Position numbers and translations under genes: made by a program
Source: Chloropicon primus
Lineage: Eukaryota
Direction of reading: 5' to 3'
Length of the DNA: 64,000 bases
NCBI GenBank assembly: GCA_023205875.1
Contig: CP060759.1
Coordinates: 992,001 to 1,056,000 of the forward strand
In this document: piece after piece, positions 11,338 to 23,440 of the stretch
How positions within the stretch are numbered: the stretch's first letter is position 1
How the letters are laid out: each line of letters begins with the position of its first letter
The notes under the pieces: generated by a model
What the model was told of the DNA's origin: nothing
The model's database searches: none
The model's input: the letters and a program-made list of their open reading frames with translations, nothing else

Positions 11338-13902
11338 TCACGGCGTCGCCACCATCGCCGTCGTCGTCCTCCGGTGAAGGAGCGGGGAAGGCACCTGGCT
11401 CGTGCTCGCCCCGAAGTGAAGAGCGTCGTGGATGACCTTGATCTGCCTCATCACGTTGGCGTCCCCGGCCAGGCCGTCGATGAACTTGCCGTACCCGCGC
11501 CGGGACACGGCGTTGTAGAGGGCAAAGGGGGAAAGGAACTCCGGGGACCCCGAGAGGATGGCGTGGGAGGAGGCCTCGTCCAGGAAGAGCACGTTCGTGA
11601 ACCCGGCGTCTTTGATCCTCCGCTCGAGGTCCTCGGCCTCCCTCGTGACCGGGCCGTCGCCGCCCCCCTCGGCCAGGACGCCCGACAGGTTCCCGGACGA
11701 CGAGAAGGACAGAGACTCCCGCAGGTTCCTTAGCAGGGGCTGGTGGCGCAGCAGGACCAGGTAGGACTCCACGCCGTGCTTGAAGGCCCTCTTGACCCCG
11801 TAGGGGATCGAGGGGGGCTGGCGGTGGCCCTGCCAGTTGTCCAGGGTGTCCACGAACACTATGGTGTCGCTCGTCTCCTCGATTGTCACGGCCGGTCCGA
11901 ACCCCGGGACCCTCGACCGGATCACCTCAAAGGTGCTCAGCACCGAGTAGTCGATCACCTTCACCCTCGCCTCGCCCCCGGGCTCCCTGGCCCCGCCGAC
12001 CCCGCCGCCGCTCTCGAGGTCCGAGTCCCCCTCGCTCGCCGCCGCAACGTCGTTGTAGTGCTGCAGCAGCCTGTGGACGATGTGGGTGTACCCGAGCTGC
12101 CGGCCGGAGAGGCGCACGTGGGAGGGGACCACAACCAGGGAGGACGACGTCTGCTGGAAGTCGCTCTTGCAATTCGCCCCGAGGGGCCCCGCTAGCATGT
12201 CCTCCCACCTTAGGCTCGACCCCAGCTGCACCTGCAGCAGCAGGTGCAGGACCTCCTCCGAGTCCACGAACGCCTTCTCCCAAAAGGAGAGCCTCTCCTC
12301 CGGGGCGAGCCTCATCTTGGTCCACAGGCTCGCCCTCTTGCTGTCCAGCTTGGACGAGAAGTACTTGTCCACCTTCATCGATCGGCCTTGGGCCTCCATC
12401 CGAAAGTCCTTGCAGCTCAGCAGGTTCCTCCCCGCCAGGGTGATGTGCACCGAGGCGGTGTTCCCCCTCTTCCTCGAGTCCAGGGACTTGCACAGCCTCA
12501 CCGTGCCAAAGTTGAGCTCGACTTGGGGGAGGACGCTCCTCGTCAGGCTGACTTGCTCGGAGTCCGGGACGTTTGGAACGAGCTTGCACGCCGCGAGGAT
12601 CTTCTCCCTGTACGAGTACATCCGGTGCGCCTCGAACGACTGCACCGCCCACCGGACGAGGTTCCACCTCTTGGAGCTCTCCGCGTCCCTCGGCGTGCCC
12701 TCCGAAACGTCCTCGGACAACTCCTTGTACCTACTCAGCACCTCGTTCTTCAGGGCGGCCGGGATCACCCGGTTGTCCAGCACCGTCAGCTGCTTGCCAA
12801 AGTAGGCGAAGGTGTTCCCAACCTTTGCGTCCTTACCGTTCCTTCGGCCCGCCATGATGGGCACCATTCTGCGCAGCCTGACGGCGAACTTGACGACCTG
12901 GAAGGTGTAGCCCTTGCTGGACAGCTTCGTCTTCCCCTCGCCCTTCGAGTCCTCCCCCTCGCCCTTCGAGTCCTCCCCCTCGCCCTTCTCGGCGTCCGCG
13001 GTGGTTGCCCCCTGCACATCACCCGCCTCCGAGCCCTTGGCCTGCTGGTCCTCACCGCCTCCGCCGTTGCTCCTTCCCTTGCTCCAGCCTCGATACAGGA
13101 GCTTCTGGGGCTGCATCAGTATCGGAACGAAGTCTTCCTTCAGCGTGTAGTTGTAAATGAGGGAGTCCCAATGGCAGCGCGTCGCGTACTTTTGGAGGGC
13201 GAGGTTGCCCATCGCCGGGGCGGCAAAGGCGATGCAAGAAACATTTGTGGACTGCGCGGCCTTCCCCCCCCTCTCCAGCCAGTGGAGGAGCCTCACGGTC
13301 GCCAGGGCCGCCACCGCTCCGCCCAAAGAGTGCCCGGTGAACACGAGCTTCAGCTTCCGCTTCTTGGCGATCCTGTAGAACCACAGAATCGGCACGGCCT
13401 TGGCCCGAAACAGGAAGCCTCGGTGGGCGCACGGCGTCTCCGATTTGGAGAAGAGGAGCTTTTGCTTCCCCTCGGTGTCCTCCCCTTCGTCCTCAAAGTT
13501 GTCGAACACCGGGTCCCAGAACACGTTGAGATCCGTCAAGAAGTCCCTCTGGACCTTGGTCCCCCGGAAGCAGACGAAGAGGGCGCCCCCAGACTCGGTC
13601 ACGACGCAGCGCTGGCTCGCCCACTCGGAGGAGAACTGCAGCTCGGACATCTTGTTCGCCTTGAGGGACCACGGGAGGAGGCCGTTCGTGAGCTGCACGA
13701 ACCGCACCACCTCCCCCTCGTTCTCCTTGTACACGGCCTCCGACAGGACCATCGAACCCAGGACCTTGTGGACCAAGTCTGGGTCATCGACCTGTAACGC
13801 TTGGGCCAGGTGTCCGCTCCTCCTCCTCTCTCGCAAACTCTCGGCCGCTTCCCTCGCCTCGGGCTTCTCTTGGCCAGCGAGCCACCACGAGAGGCGAAAC
13901 AT
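11338..13902 (-). CDS. Class 3 lipase family protein
   Basis: VCFRGT, AHRGF, FTGHSLGGAVA (GxSxG), AFAAPAMGN and DFVP. Internal GEGEDSK repeats. Confidence 0.85.
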   Translation of the reverse strand: MFRLSWWLAGQEKPEAREAAESLRERRRSGHLAQALQVDDPDLVHKVLGSMVLSEAVYKENEGEVVRFVQLTNGLLPWSLKANKMSELQFSSEWASQRCVVTESGGALFVCFRGTKVQRDFLTDLNVFWDPVFDNFEDEGEDTEGKQKLLFSKSETPCAHRGFLFRAKAVPILWFYRIAKKRKLKLVFTGHSLGGAVAALATVRLLHWLERGGKAAQSTNVSCIAFAAPAMGNLALQKYATRCHWDSLIYNYTLKEDFVPILMQPQKLLYRGWSKGRSNGGGGEDQQAKGSEAGDVQGATTADAEKGEGEDSKGEGEDSKGEGKTKLSSKGYTFQVVKFAVRLRRMVPIMAGRRNGKDAKVGNTFAYFGKQLTVLDNRVIPAALKNEVLSRYKELSEDVSEGTPRDAESSKRWNLVRWAVQSFEAHRMYSYREKILAACKLVPNVPDSEQVSLTRSVLPQVELNFGTVRLCKSLDSRKRGNTASVHITLAGRNLLSCKDFRMEAQGRSMKVDKYFSSKLDSKRASLWTKMRLAPEERLSFWEKAFVDSEEVLHLLLQVQLGSSLRWEDMLAGPLGANCKSDFQQTSSSLVVVPSHVRLSGRQLGYTHIVHRLLQHYNDVAAASEGDSDLESGGGVGGAREPGGEARVKVIDYSVLSTFEVIRSRVPGFGPAVTIEETSDTIVFVDTLDNWQGHRQPPSIPYGVKRAFKHGVESYLVLLRHQPLLRNLRESLSFSSSGNLSGVLAEGGGDGPVTREAEDLERRIKDAGFTNVLFLDEASSHAILSGSPEFLSPFALYNAVSRRGYGKFIDGLAGDANVMRQIKVIHDALHFGASTSQVPSPLLHRRTTTAMVATP

Positions 13903-14413
13903 GCCTCTGCCCTATCGCCCCCCCTCCTCCCCCTCTAATGCCCCCCCTCGCTCGCTTCTCCCCTCCCCCGCGTCTCCCCCTTCCCTCGCCCCTTCCCCTC
14001 CACCCGCCCCCCCTTCCAATGGCGCTCCTCCCTCCTCGGATCGGATGGACAAGCCTCGCCACCCCACCCCACCCCTCCTCGCCGTCCCCCGTCCTCGCCC
14101 TCGCCCTCGTCCTCAACTCCGCCACCGACGACAGCCACCTCAGTGCTCCGCTCTGGGCGAGGCCGACAAGCTTCTGTCTTATCCCATCAAAAGCAATCAA
14201 AATCGGCCTGACGCGAGGCGACGGAGGTGAGAGGTCGATCGAGGGCGGTGGACAGGGGTGGGGTGTTTCACACGACACGAAAGAGCATTCTCCCTCTGTT
14301 GGAAGGCAAGGACGTTCAGCTGAAACCAGACCTCTCTCTCTCTCTCTCTCTCTCTCTCTGCGCGTGTTGCTCTCAACTCAACTCGACTCGTTCATCGCAA
14401 GAGGAGGGAGGCG

Positions 14414-15148
14414 ATGGCGAGGGAAGGAGGGAAGGGGAAGCGGAAGTGGCTGCCACTGGAGTCCGATCCGACGGTATTCAGTGCGTACGCTAAAGCCTTG
14501 GGGTGCAAGGGGTTGGCTTTCAGCGACGTCTTCGGTCTCGATGTCGAGCTCCTTGCCATGGTGCCGAGGCCAGTCGTGGCAGTCATCTTGCTCTTCCCCA
14601 TTGAGAAGAAGGACGAGGCCGAGGCCGAGCTCCAGGGGGAGAGCCACGAGAGCGGCTCCGACGCCACGGGCGGCGACGTGTTCTACGTGAAGCAGAAGAT
14701 AGGGAACGCGTGCGGCACGATAGCCCTTTTGCACGCCCTGGCGAACAACCAGGACCTGGTCGAGTTCGAGGAGGGCAGCTTCATCTCCACGTTCGTGAGG
14801 GAGTGCCAAGGGCTAAGTCCGGACGAGAAGGCGGACTACCTCGACAAGATGGCCGAGGATGGCCTGGAGAGCGCCCACAACGCGGCCGCCGTGTCGGACG
14901 CGAGCGAGGGGAAGGGGGAAGCCGGCAAGCAGCTGAGCGAGGAGGAGATCAACACCGACCTTCACTTTGTGTGCTACGTCGAGAGGAACGGTGCCTTGTG
15001 GGAGCTCGATGGGCGGAACCCCCTTGGGACGGTGAAGTTGGGGCAGTGCACGAAAGAGGACCTCCTGGAAAGGACTGCGGAAGCCATCGGAAAGAGAATG
15101 GAAAAATCCTCGAGCTTGAGGTTCAACATCTTGGCGGCAACCTCCTGA
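14414..15148 (+). CDS. Ubiquitin carboxyl-terminal hydrolase (peptidase C12, UCH-L3-like)
   Basis: WLPLESDP, KQKIGNACGTIALLH, LHFVCYV and WELDGR. Confidence 0.93.
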   Translation: MAREGGKGKRKWLPLESDPTVFSAYAKALGCKGLAFSDVFGLDVELLAMVPRPVVAVILLFPIEKKDEAEAELQGESHESGSDATGGDVFYVKQKIGNACGTIALLHALANNQDLVEFEEGSFISTFVRECQGLSPDEKADYLDKMAEDGLESAHNAAAVSDASEGKGEAGKQLSEEEINTDLHFVCYVERNGALWELDGRNPLGTVKLGQCTKEDLLERTAEAIGKRMEKSSSLRFNILAATS

Positions 15149-15205
15149 AAGACTCGTAAAAGCTTTTGTGTGTAAGCAAGTGGATTACAATGCGAGGACC
15201 AGGTT

Positions 15206-16738
15206 CTACTGGGAGGCGACGAGGCTCAAGTCCAGCTTCCAGACGTCCTTCATTTTCGAATCCGTGGCGTCTTGGCCAAAGAAGGTGGCGAAAACGCCGT
15301 TCACGGCGACACCGCAGTGTCCAGCCCTGGGAGAAGGCCTGTTCTCGCCAGCTGGCAAGCTCACCCAGCTCCACTTCTGCGTATCAAGGACGTAGGCATC
15401 GTTGAAGCAGGTGCTGGCATCTTCCGCATCGTGGCCACCCTGGACCAGGAGGCTCTTGCCGTCCGGGAGAGCGGTGACCACTTGGCCCACCCTCGTGGAA
15501 GGTGCCTCGCCCTGAACATGCGAGGAGTGCTCGGTCCACTTCCAGGTCTTCGTGTCGAGCGAGTAGATCTCCTTGAACGCCCAGTTGCACTTTCCGATGC
15601 CGCCGAAGAAAAGAATTTTGTGCCCGATCATGACCGCCGTGTGGTACCCTCGGGGCTTGATTGGGGATCCCTTCGTCTTAGGCTTGGACCAGGTGAAGAG
15701 GGAGGTGTCCAGAACGTTGACGTCGTTCATGAACTTTCCGTCCTCGTTCATCCCCCCGAAAATCACGAGCTTGTTGTCGCCGATTGGAGTGGCGGAGTGG
15801 CCGCTTCTCGCGCAGGGGGCCTCTCCAGTCGCGTGAGCTGGGAACCAGACGCCAGATTCGAAGTCGTACATTGTCAGCTCCCCCAAGAGCATGGTGTCGT
15901 CGTCCTCGTCCTCCTTGAGCTCCTCCGGCTTGTCGCACTGCCCTCCAAAAACGAGGATCTTGTCCTTCACGATGGAGCTGGTGTGCCAAGCCCTCTTCCT
16001 GAAACCAGAGGAACCGCCCTGGGTCCAGGTCCACGAGCCGGTGTCCAGGATCCAGAGGTCGTCCAAGTAGCCGTCATCCCCGAGGCCGCCGCAGACGTAC
16101 ACCTTGTTCGTCTCCGCGTCAAGAGCGGCGGTGGCTCCGCACCTTGCCACCATGGCCCCGCTTGAGGCGTCCTCCGCTCCAGACACGGTCTCCCAGCTCA
16201 CGCCCGCGGACTTCTTGTACGCGTGCTCCGCCCCTGTCGTCATCGGCGTCATCAGGGACAGGCCGTCCTTCCTCAACCCGAAGTCGCTCATCTTCAGCTG
16301 CTTCTTGGGCTTGCTGAGAGAAAGCTTGCTGCTCTTCCTCTTCGCCACCACTTGAGGCGTCACTTCCTTGTGCTCTGGCTCCACCATCACCTCCTTTGGT
16401 GGGGACGCCACGGGCGTTGGCTCCTTCTGAATCGCTGCGGGCGAAGCAGCCACGGCCTCCTTCCTCTGCTCCTCGGGCTGCGGAGGCTTCGCGACGACCG
16501 CCTCGGGGGCAGCAACAGGTGGAGCGGGAGTCACGGCCGGCGCCCTGACAATTCCAACAACCCCCCCTTCCACCGACCTCTCAATCACCTTCTTCACCTC
16601 CAAAGTCCCCGTGAAGTTCTCAAAACTCAGTTCCAACTTCCACACGCTCTCCTTCCCTTCCGCGCTCTTCTTCGCCTTCTGCGTCGCGGCAACCCCCGCA
16701 GGCACCCTCAGCACCACGTTCCCAACGAGCACGTCCAT
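15206..16738 (-). CDS. Kelch-repeat beta-propeller protein
   Basis: About six repeats of RxxH...(V/I)FGG...D...W after a Pro/Ala/Lys-rich linker. Start at ATG 16738. Confidence 0.85.
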   Translation of the reverse strand: MDVLVGNVVLRVPAGVAATQKAKKSAEGKESVWKLELSFENFTGTLEVKKVIERSVEGGVVGIVRAPAVTPAPPVAAPEAVVAKPPQPEEQRKEAVAASPAAIQKEPTPVASPPKEVMVEPEHKEVTPQVVAKRKSSKLSLSKPKKQLKMSDFGLRKDGLSLMTPMTTGAEHAYKKSAGVSWETVSGAEDASSGAMVARCGATAALDAETNKVYVCGGLGDDGYLDDLWILDTGSWTWTQGGSSGFRKRAWHTSSIVKDKILVFGGQCDKPEELKEDEDDDTMLLGELTMYDFESGVWFPAHATGEAPCARSGHSATPIGDNKLVIFGGMNEDGKFMNDVNVLDTSLFTWSKPKTKGSPIKPRGYHTAVMIGHKILFFGGIGKCNWAFKEIYSLDTKTWKWTEHSSHVQGEAPSTRVGQVVTALPDGKSLLVQGGHDAEDASTCFNDAYVLDTQKWSWVSLPAGENRPSPRAGHCGVAVNGVFATFFGQDATDSKMKDVWKLDLSLVASQ

Positions 16739-16885
16739 CTCTCTCTCTCTGCCAACAACGACGAACCACGCCTCGCTCCTTTGCTCGCGCCTCTTCTGTC
16801 TCTTCTTCAGTTCAAAAAAAAGACAATCATCTGGCGGGAAACGTGGAGGAGCTTGGAGTGGAGGAACCGAGGACGGACTCGGACC

Positions 16886-18792
16886 ATGTTTGGGGGGGTC
16901 CTGTGCCGGCTGGTGGCACTCACGAGCCTGGCGTATGGAACGACCAACACTCTCACGGTGAGTCGCGGAACGAACGAACGAGTAATAATCATGGGGAACA
17001 AAGCTTGGGTGGGGGTGCTGCTGCTGTCCATCAATCATGGGATGCCAGGGGCTGATACTCTTCTCTCTCTCTCTCTTTTTCTAATGCGTGCGCGCGCGCG
17101 TGTGCGAAGGTGGAGGTGAGCACGCCAGCCTTCGTCGCGCCGGAGGGTCTGCTGTTCTGCTTGGCGACGCCTCGAGCGGAGCTCTCCAACGCGACCGTGG
17201 AACTCAAAACGCTCAAGGGGGGGGGCGACCAGTTTGAGCAGGATGCGGAAATTATCTTGGACGGGTTCTCGGGAGGGAGCGTGGCGAGCGTGGCCTTCTT
17301 CCAGGTAAGCCTTCCTCTGGTGTCCCCACCTTTCGAGTGGGGTGGGCGTGGTGATGAAAAAACTGACCGCGGGCGGGTTTCTTTTGCTTTGCCATGATGA
17401 TGGTGTTGTGATGATGATGACGATGATGATGATGATGATGATGTGAAGACCAAGGCGTCTTTCTGGGACATGGACGCCCTCGAGTTTGGCACGGTGTACG
17501 ACGTCCTGGCCAACGACGAGTACTTCTCGTCCTCCTACAGCAGGAGGAGGTACGACGACTTGCAGTCCAAGCACAACGACTTCTTGGTCCCTTCAAGCGC
17601 GACGGGCGAGGGCGAACCGAACTGCGTCCTCGTGACTGGCAACTGGAAGGAGGGGACGAGGTATCACCTTGGTTTCGAGGTGACGAACCCGGTGCCTGGG
17701 GGAGGGTCGGCGGGAACAAGCCCGTTTTCGCTTTGGTCGGCGCCCGTCACGTACAGGAACCTCGACGAGGACCACATCCAGTACACCATTAGGGGAAACA
17801 AGGAGGGACAGATGTGCTCCGTTGGCGCGATTTTGGGGTCTTACGGAGAGAGTCCCAGCCTCTACGACGCCTGCGATGCGGTTGAGGCGACCCTCAGCAA
17901 GAAGCTTTCGGATCCGGAGGCGTGCCTCGCTGACCTCAAGGCTCACTACTCGAGCGATCCGCTCCCTGGTTCGGACGGCTATTCGAGCGCGGTCAATGTC
18001 TACAAGAGCGAGAATGGGTTGGGCATCAGCGCGGCTGCGGTTACGAACTCGACCTGCGGGGAAAACGAGGCCTTCTCCCCCAAGTTCGGCGGGGAGTGCA
18101 TCTCTTGCGGCACTGGGGAGATCGAGTACTCGGCGGCCACGAGCCAGCCGCTGTCCTGCTCGTGCCCGGCGCACAACGAGCGGCACCGGATTGGCAGTCC
18201 CGCCTGTGGACCGGCCAAGAGCGTCATTCGGGCCTCGAACACGACGAGGCAGGTGGCTGAGTCCCTGTGCTCGTTTTACGGCCAAAAGTACGACGAGCTC
18301 CTGGAGGAGAAGGCCAGCGCCCTGAGCGTGACCCACTCCTACGTCCAGGATTTCCTTGACCAGGCTCACGCCTTCCTGGACAGGGACGACCTGTACAGGA
18401 TCAACGAGACGTTCTGGAGGGAGTTCATGTTCGACGAGAGGGTCAAGGACTCGCCGACGAGAAGGTTCGGCATCAAGCCCAACTGCTACAAGTGCGACGA
18501 AGGAAAGTTCGTAGACTTTGACTCGGGGGAGAAAGTCATGGCTAGGGACGATTTTTTCGAGGCCGTGCACACCCTCAGGCTCCTTGGGCTGGCCCTGTAC
18601 ACAAAAGGTGAGTGGATGATGAGTGGAGAGGGCTCCTCTCCGACTGGCTCGTGACTGACCGACTGCTTGTATATATTTTTTTCTTTACAATGAATGGCAA
18701 AAGGTTATTCTTGCGACAAGCTCTTCCTCGCGGCGGATCCCTTCAAGGGGGCGTACGGCGCCTTCAGCACCGACGTCTGCCAAACGTTTTGA
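16886..18792 (+). CDS. Secreted Cys-containing hypothetical protein (4 exons: ~16886-16957, 17110-17304, 17449-18607, 18703-18792)
   Basis: Signal-peptide-like MFGGVLCRLVALTSLAYG. Three GT..AG introns join the ORF pieces in frame, ending ...FSTDVCQTF* at 18792. Confidence 0.7.
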
Positions 18793-18872
18793 GGGATTTA
18801 TTGGTTTTCTTCTTGTAATATAGCAGCAGCGAAGATTTTAGCGTCGAAATTCCAAGGTCGACGACTTGCGCT

Positions 18873-19775
18873 TCACTGCTCCCTCGGCGCGAGTCCCGGC
18901 ATGAGCGGAGGCAAGACGTCCCCCTTCTGCCCGCCAGTGATGCCGGAGCCAGACCCGTCCGAGATCAGGGTGAGCTCGGCACCCCTCTCCGTCGCCTTCA
19001 GCTCCACGTCCTGGATTCCCGGGCCGAAGAAGCTCGTGGCTTTCTCGAGGAACTTGTCCCAATCCGAGCCAGGGAACCCGTCCTTGTGCTCGAACTCCAA
19101 GGTCAGGGCGTACTCCCCGTCCCGGACCTCCTCCCGGATCGCAAAGAGCCTCGGGATGAACTTGCGCGGCACGCCTCCATACCTCCCCATCTTCAGTATC
19201 CTCTCCAGCGCAAAGTCCAGGTGCTGCTCGTCTCCGTACCGGTACCTGGTCACGTCCTCCCTTATCTGGTTCTGGATGTCCGTGGCCTTGGTGCCTCGCA
19301 GAGCGATGGCCTCGGGCTTGGAGCGGCAGGCCACGGGGTCGAGCTGCGCGTACTTGAGGGCGAACCCTATCAGGGAGGCTGGGAATCCGTAGATCAGCAT
19401 CACGGCCGAGAAGTCCGTGCCTGGAAGGAAATCAAAGTAGGCCCCGAACCCGTACGCGAGCAGCGCGCTCCCCGTGTAGAGTGCTATGGACCCGAAGGAC
19501 ACCTTCGTGATGGTGAACCCCCCCAAGCTTCCGTCGATGTACCCCTCGGCATCGGGCAGGTTCTCTTCCGCCCCGTCGCCGAAGAGGCCGTCCAGAGGGG
19601 AAGCCTTCGTGGTGACGAGGGAGTGGTGGTAACGGTGGTGGTGGCCTCGAGGGGAGAGCCTAGGTCTGGGCCCTCCGACCGGGCGAGCCTTGGCCGGGGT
19701 GGAGGCTTTGGAGGGTGGCGTGCTCCTCCTCCTCGTCGTCGTCACCTTCGTCGTCGTCATCGTCGTCGTCGCCAT
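18873..19775 (-). CDS. APE1: Thylakoid protein APE1 / DUF2854 (slr0575-like)
   Basis: Transit peptide, two TM helices, YGFPASLIGFALKYAQL, DVTRYRYGDEQHL and FFGPG. Confidence 0.85.
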   Translation of the reverse strand: MATTTMTTTKVTTTRRRSTPPSKASTPAKARPVGGPRPRLSPRGHHHRYHHSLVTTKASPLDGLFGDGAEENLPDAEGYIDGSLGGFTITKVSFGSIALYTGSALLAYGFGAYFDFLPGTDFSAVMLIYGFPASLIGFALKYAQLDPVACRSKPEAIALRGTKATDIQNQIREDVTRYRYGDEQHLDFALERILKMGRYGGVPRKFIPRLFAIREEVRDGEYALTLEFEHKDGFPGSDWDKFLEKATSFFGPGIQDVELKATERGAELTLISDGSGSGITGGQKGDVLPPLMPGLAPREQ

Positions 19776-20262
19776 GCTGTGTGTGTGTGTTGTGTGTGTG
19801 TGTGTCTCTTTCCCTTTGACAAAGGAAAGATTGCGATGAATGATTTTGATTTTGTGGTGGAGAGCGAAGCAGGAGAGAGAGAGAGAGATCTTGCGTCTTG
19901 GTCTTGGGGGGAAGAAGAGGAAAGGAAGGAACGGGAGGGGAACGTTGAGATATCACCATCATCATCCATCCTGACTCGATCCTGGCTCCCTGCTTTCTTT
20001 CTTTCTTTCCCTGGCTGGTTGGTTGGTTGGTTGGCTGTTGCCCTGCGTGTACGCCACGCCACGGTGGTATTGAATAACAACATCGATGATCCAAACCCTC
20101 CTTCCCCTTGCACTACCACGACCCACCGTGAGGATGGATGACACGTTATCCACAGTAGACTCAGACAGGGACGCTCCTGTTGCTCATACCTACATCGTGT
20201 ACAATGAATTCTGCAAGGTGGTTATCTATTTACGACAATGTTGTTGTCTCGGACTCCCGTCC

Positions 20263-21633
20263 TCACGCGTCCTCCCCCTCAGGCTCCTGGGGAACGGCAG
20301 CGATTTGGAACTCCAAGTTTTTCGAGCAGAGCCAGGTGAACTCGTTGCTCCACTGGAAGTGGTAGTCGCCCGCCGAGGTCGACGTGTGCTGGCCGCTGGC
20401 CTCCCCGACTCTCTCCAGAGGGGCCACCTCGACCGCCTCGCCCCCATCCTCCTTTGGCGTGAAGCTGACGTCAAAGTCGATGGTGCAGCCTGGATCGACG
20501 CGCCACTGCCAGCCGACCTGCAAGCCAGCGCACTCGACGTTGAGGGTGGCGTCGTACTTGCCGCCCGCGCCGATGTTGAGCTTCGTGCTGTCGTCCATCG
20601 ATCCCTCGGGCTTGATCAAGAAGGGCGAGTTCGCGAACACCTCGTCCATGAAGGAGACCACGCGCTTCAGCTCTGAGCCGTACACGGCGGAGGCCTCCTG
20701 CACCAGGGAGAGGAGGGCCTCCTCCGTCTCGCTGGGGATCTGCTCCGCCGCGGCAGCCTCCCACCAGGTGGCCACCAGGCTGTGAATCCGGTTGGACAGG
20801 GTCGTGAGCTCGTAGAACGCGGGGCCGTACCGGAGCCTCTGCTCCGCCAGGGGCCCGTTGTCGTCGTTGATCTTCTCCAGGAAGTCGAGCATCACCTGAG
20901 GGATTCCCCCCACGAAGGACACGACGGCCTTGAACATCCCCGAGGCGGAGGCCAGCCCCTTGAGGGACTCTCGCTTGGCCATCTGCTGGCTCCACAGGAG
21001 GTCGTACTTCTCCTTGATCGTGCACCCCTCGCTCACGAGGGCCGCCACCTCGTCCTTCCGCTTCTGGTCGCTCCTCTCCTTCTGCTGCTTGATGAGCGTC
21101 CCCCTAAAGTCCTGGGGGAGGTACTCGTAGATCAAGTTCGTCACCCTCTCCGTGTGCCCCCTCTGAAAGTCCTCGATGAAGTCGTGGTAGCTCTGGAACT
21201 CCTCGCAGAGGGTGGCCGCGGCGGAGGACCTGGAGAACCCGGAGGGCGGCCTCTTCATCAAGTCCACAATCTCCTCGCAAGCGTACCTGTTCTTCCAGTT
21301 GTTGTGGTCCAGCTTCTTCGGCGCCTCGTCCAGGCGAAGAAGCAAGTCGGGGACGGAGGAGTCCGTCCTCAAGCGCTCCTCGAGCTTCTCGAGGTTTAGG
21401 CGCAGCCTGAATGAATGATATGATAATATTGTTGAAAGACACATTGAGATCGAGAGAGAGAAGAGGAATAAGCGCGTGTGTGCGTGAGTAGTTGCTCCAA
21501 GGGAGTAGTTGCTCCAAGGGAGTAGTTGCTCCTACCTTGCCGCGTCCGGCGTCACCGGGTCCAGCGGATACTTGTCATAGTACGTGCTCAAGTACTCCCT
21601 CGTTATCGGCACGAGGCCCTCTGCTGCTGCCAT
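20263..21633 (-). CDS. Conserved green-lineage protein with C-terminal GOLD domain (intron ~21535-21407)
   Basis: Exon 1 MAAAEGLVPITREYLSTYYDKYPL splices in frame. INDDNGPLAEQRLRYGP motif. GOLD-like W...DF...GDYHFQWSNEFTW..K. Confidence 0.75.
21486..21532. repeat. 17-bp tandem repeat (gagtagttgctccaagg x2.8) inside an intron
   Basis: Read directly from the sequence. Confidence 0.9.
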
Positions 21634-22109
21634 GGTCTACTACTATTATTGCTACTAAAATGACGACGACGGTTTTGCTATGCTATGCTATGCTATACTT
21701 TCCTTTGGTGGAATCGTGTCGTATTGTATTTTGCCCGGAGAGCCAAGGTACCAGGAGGTCCTCGACCGCCCTCCACGCCGCGGGGACCCAGCCAAGCCGA
21801 ACAAGAAGGCTGAAGAGGAAGAAAGGAAGAAAGGAAGAAAGGAAGAGTGTGGTGTGTACGTGTGTGTGTGTGTGTGTGTGTTACGTAACACTTGTCTCTC
21901 TGTGCTCTGGCTCTCTCCTCTCTCCAGAGAAAGAAAGTTTTTTTTTTTGAAGAAGAGAAGTCCCGTTAGTTTTGGCGAGCGCGCACGTCTCTCGCCAGAA
22001 GAGAGAGAGGAGGAGGGGAGGAGTGGATAAGGGGGTCAGTCTCTTTGTGGTTCACATAACTTGTCCTGTCATTGGAAGGAGCGGGGGCTTGCGTCGTGCG
22101 AGGAGCGAG

Positions 22110-22860
22110 ATGAAGCATTTGGTGTGCAACAACAAGGCTGTCGCCGCGAAGCCCTTGGCGCAGGGAAGAGCGGGAAACAGAGCCTCGAGGTACGCCACTT
22201 GAGCGAACGAACAAAAAAAAACAAATCCAACAACCACAACCACAACCACAACGGAGGAGGACTGACACTGCATTCGCTCTCGCGTTTCGTTTCGTTTCGC
22301 TTCGCTTTGTTTTTTTCCTTACCAGGGTTGCGAGAAACGTTTGCGTGAGGGCCCATGCGGACAAGGCTGCTGGGGTTCTCAGAAGGAGGGAGAGCGTTCT
22401 CGCGGGTCTCTTCTCGGGCTTGGTCGCGGCCAAGCCCGCGTTCGCCGGCTTCTTCGGAGGCATCCCGGAGGACGTCTACGTCAACGACACCGTGAGTACG
22501 ACGACGACGACGACGACCGCAAAGTAGTAGACTGACTGACCTCGCCCCCGTCCCCTTCCTCTTCGTTTGCAGACGGAGGTCCTCGGGGTTCTGAAGTCCA
22601 CCCTGGCCCTGACCAACGAGAGCACCGATTCTGATCAGGTGGTGAACGCGGTGCGACAGGAGTCGAACAAGTGGGTCGCCAAGTACAGGAGGTCGGACTA
22701 CATCGGGAGGCCTTCGTACGGAAACACCTACAGCGCCATCAACGCCGTCCTCGGGCACTACAACAACTTTGGACCCGACACGCTGTTCCCAAGGAGGAGG
22801 CTAGAGCGCGTCGTGAAGGAGGTCGACGACGCGGGAAGGGCCCTGTCCAGAGGCCGCTGA
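22110..22860 (+). CDS. PSB27: Photosystem II repair/assembly protein Psb27 (3 exons)
   Basis: Bipartite transit peptide with twin-Arg RRRES and AFA cleavage site. Mature region WVAKYRR...SYGNTYSAINAVLGHY..FG...LSRGR*. Introns at ~22190-22325 and 22492-22572. Confidence 0.9.
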
Positions 22861-22975
22861 GTTGTTGTTGGGGACGAAAAAGGGGAAGGAGCAAGCTAAC
22901 AAGCGAGACGACGAAAAGGGTTCTACTATTGGCGAGACCAAAGTGCTACTACTATTGTCATCAAGAGTAGTGATT

Positions 22976-23007
<32 letters not shown>

Positions 23008-23161
23008 TATCATTATTATTACTAGGGTTGCGGCGTTCTTCAAAGATGTGAGAAGCATCCTGGAGGTTTTGGAGCAACGGATTGCTCTGAAGATTCCTAC
23101 CGACTTGAAGGATTTAGAGTTGTTCACTGATGCTTCATGTAAATCCAATCCTGTGGCGCAG

Positions 23162-23355
23162 GAAACCAAGCGAACGACGAGCCCATCAACGCGCACTCGC
23201 ATATTCTTGCGATGCTCATGGGCCAGGGCGAGTCCGTCCCGGTCCACGAGGGGAAGCTCGTGCTTGGGACGTATCAGTCCGTGATCTTCCTCGAGTTGGA
23301 CGGTCAGCCGGAGAGGCAGAGGAAGATCGGCGTTCAGGTCCACGGCTTGAAGTAA
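23162..23355 (+). pseudogene. Orphan 3' fragment of a YjbQ/UPF0047-family gene
   Basis: Reads NDEPINAHSHILAMLMGQGESVPVHEGKLVLGTYQSVIFLELDG...KIGVQVHGLK*, the typical YjbQ C-terminal half. No 5' half is visible between PSB27 and here. Confidence 0.75.
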
Positions 23356-23440
23356 AGCGCTATTGTCATCAACAGAAGGTTATTAATAATAACTTATTAT
23401 TATCATCATCATCATCATTAGGGCTGCGGCGTTCTTCTCG

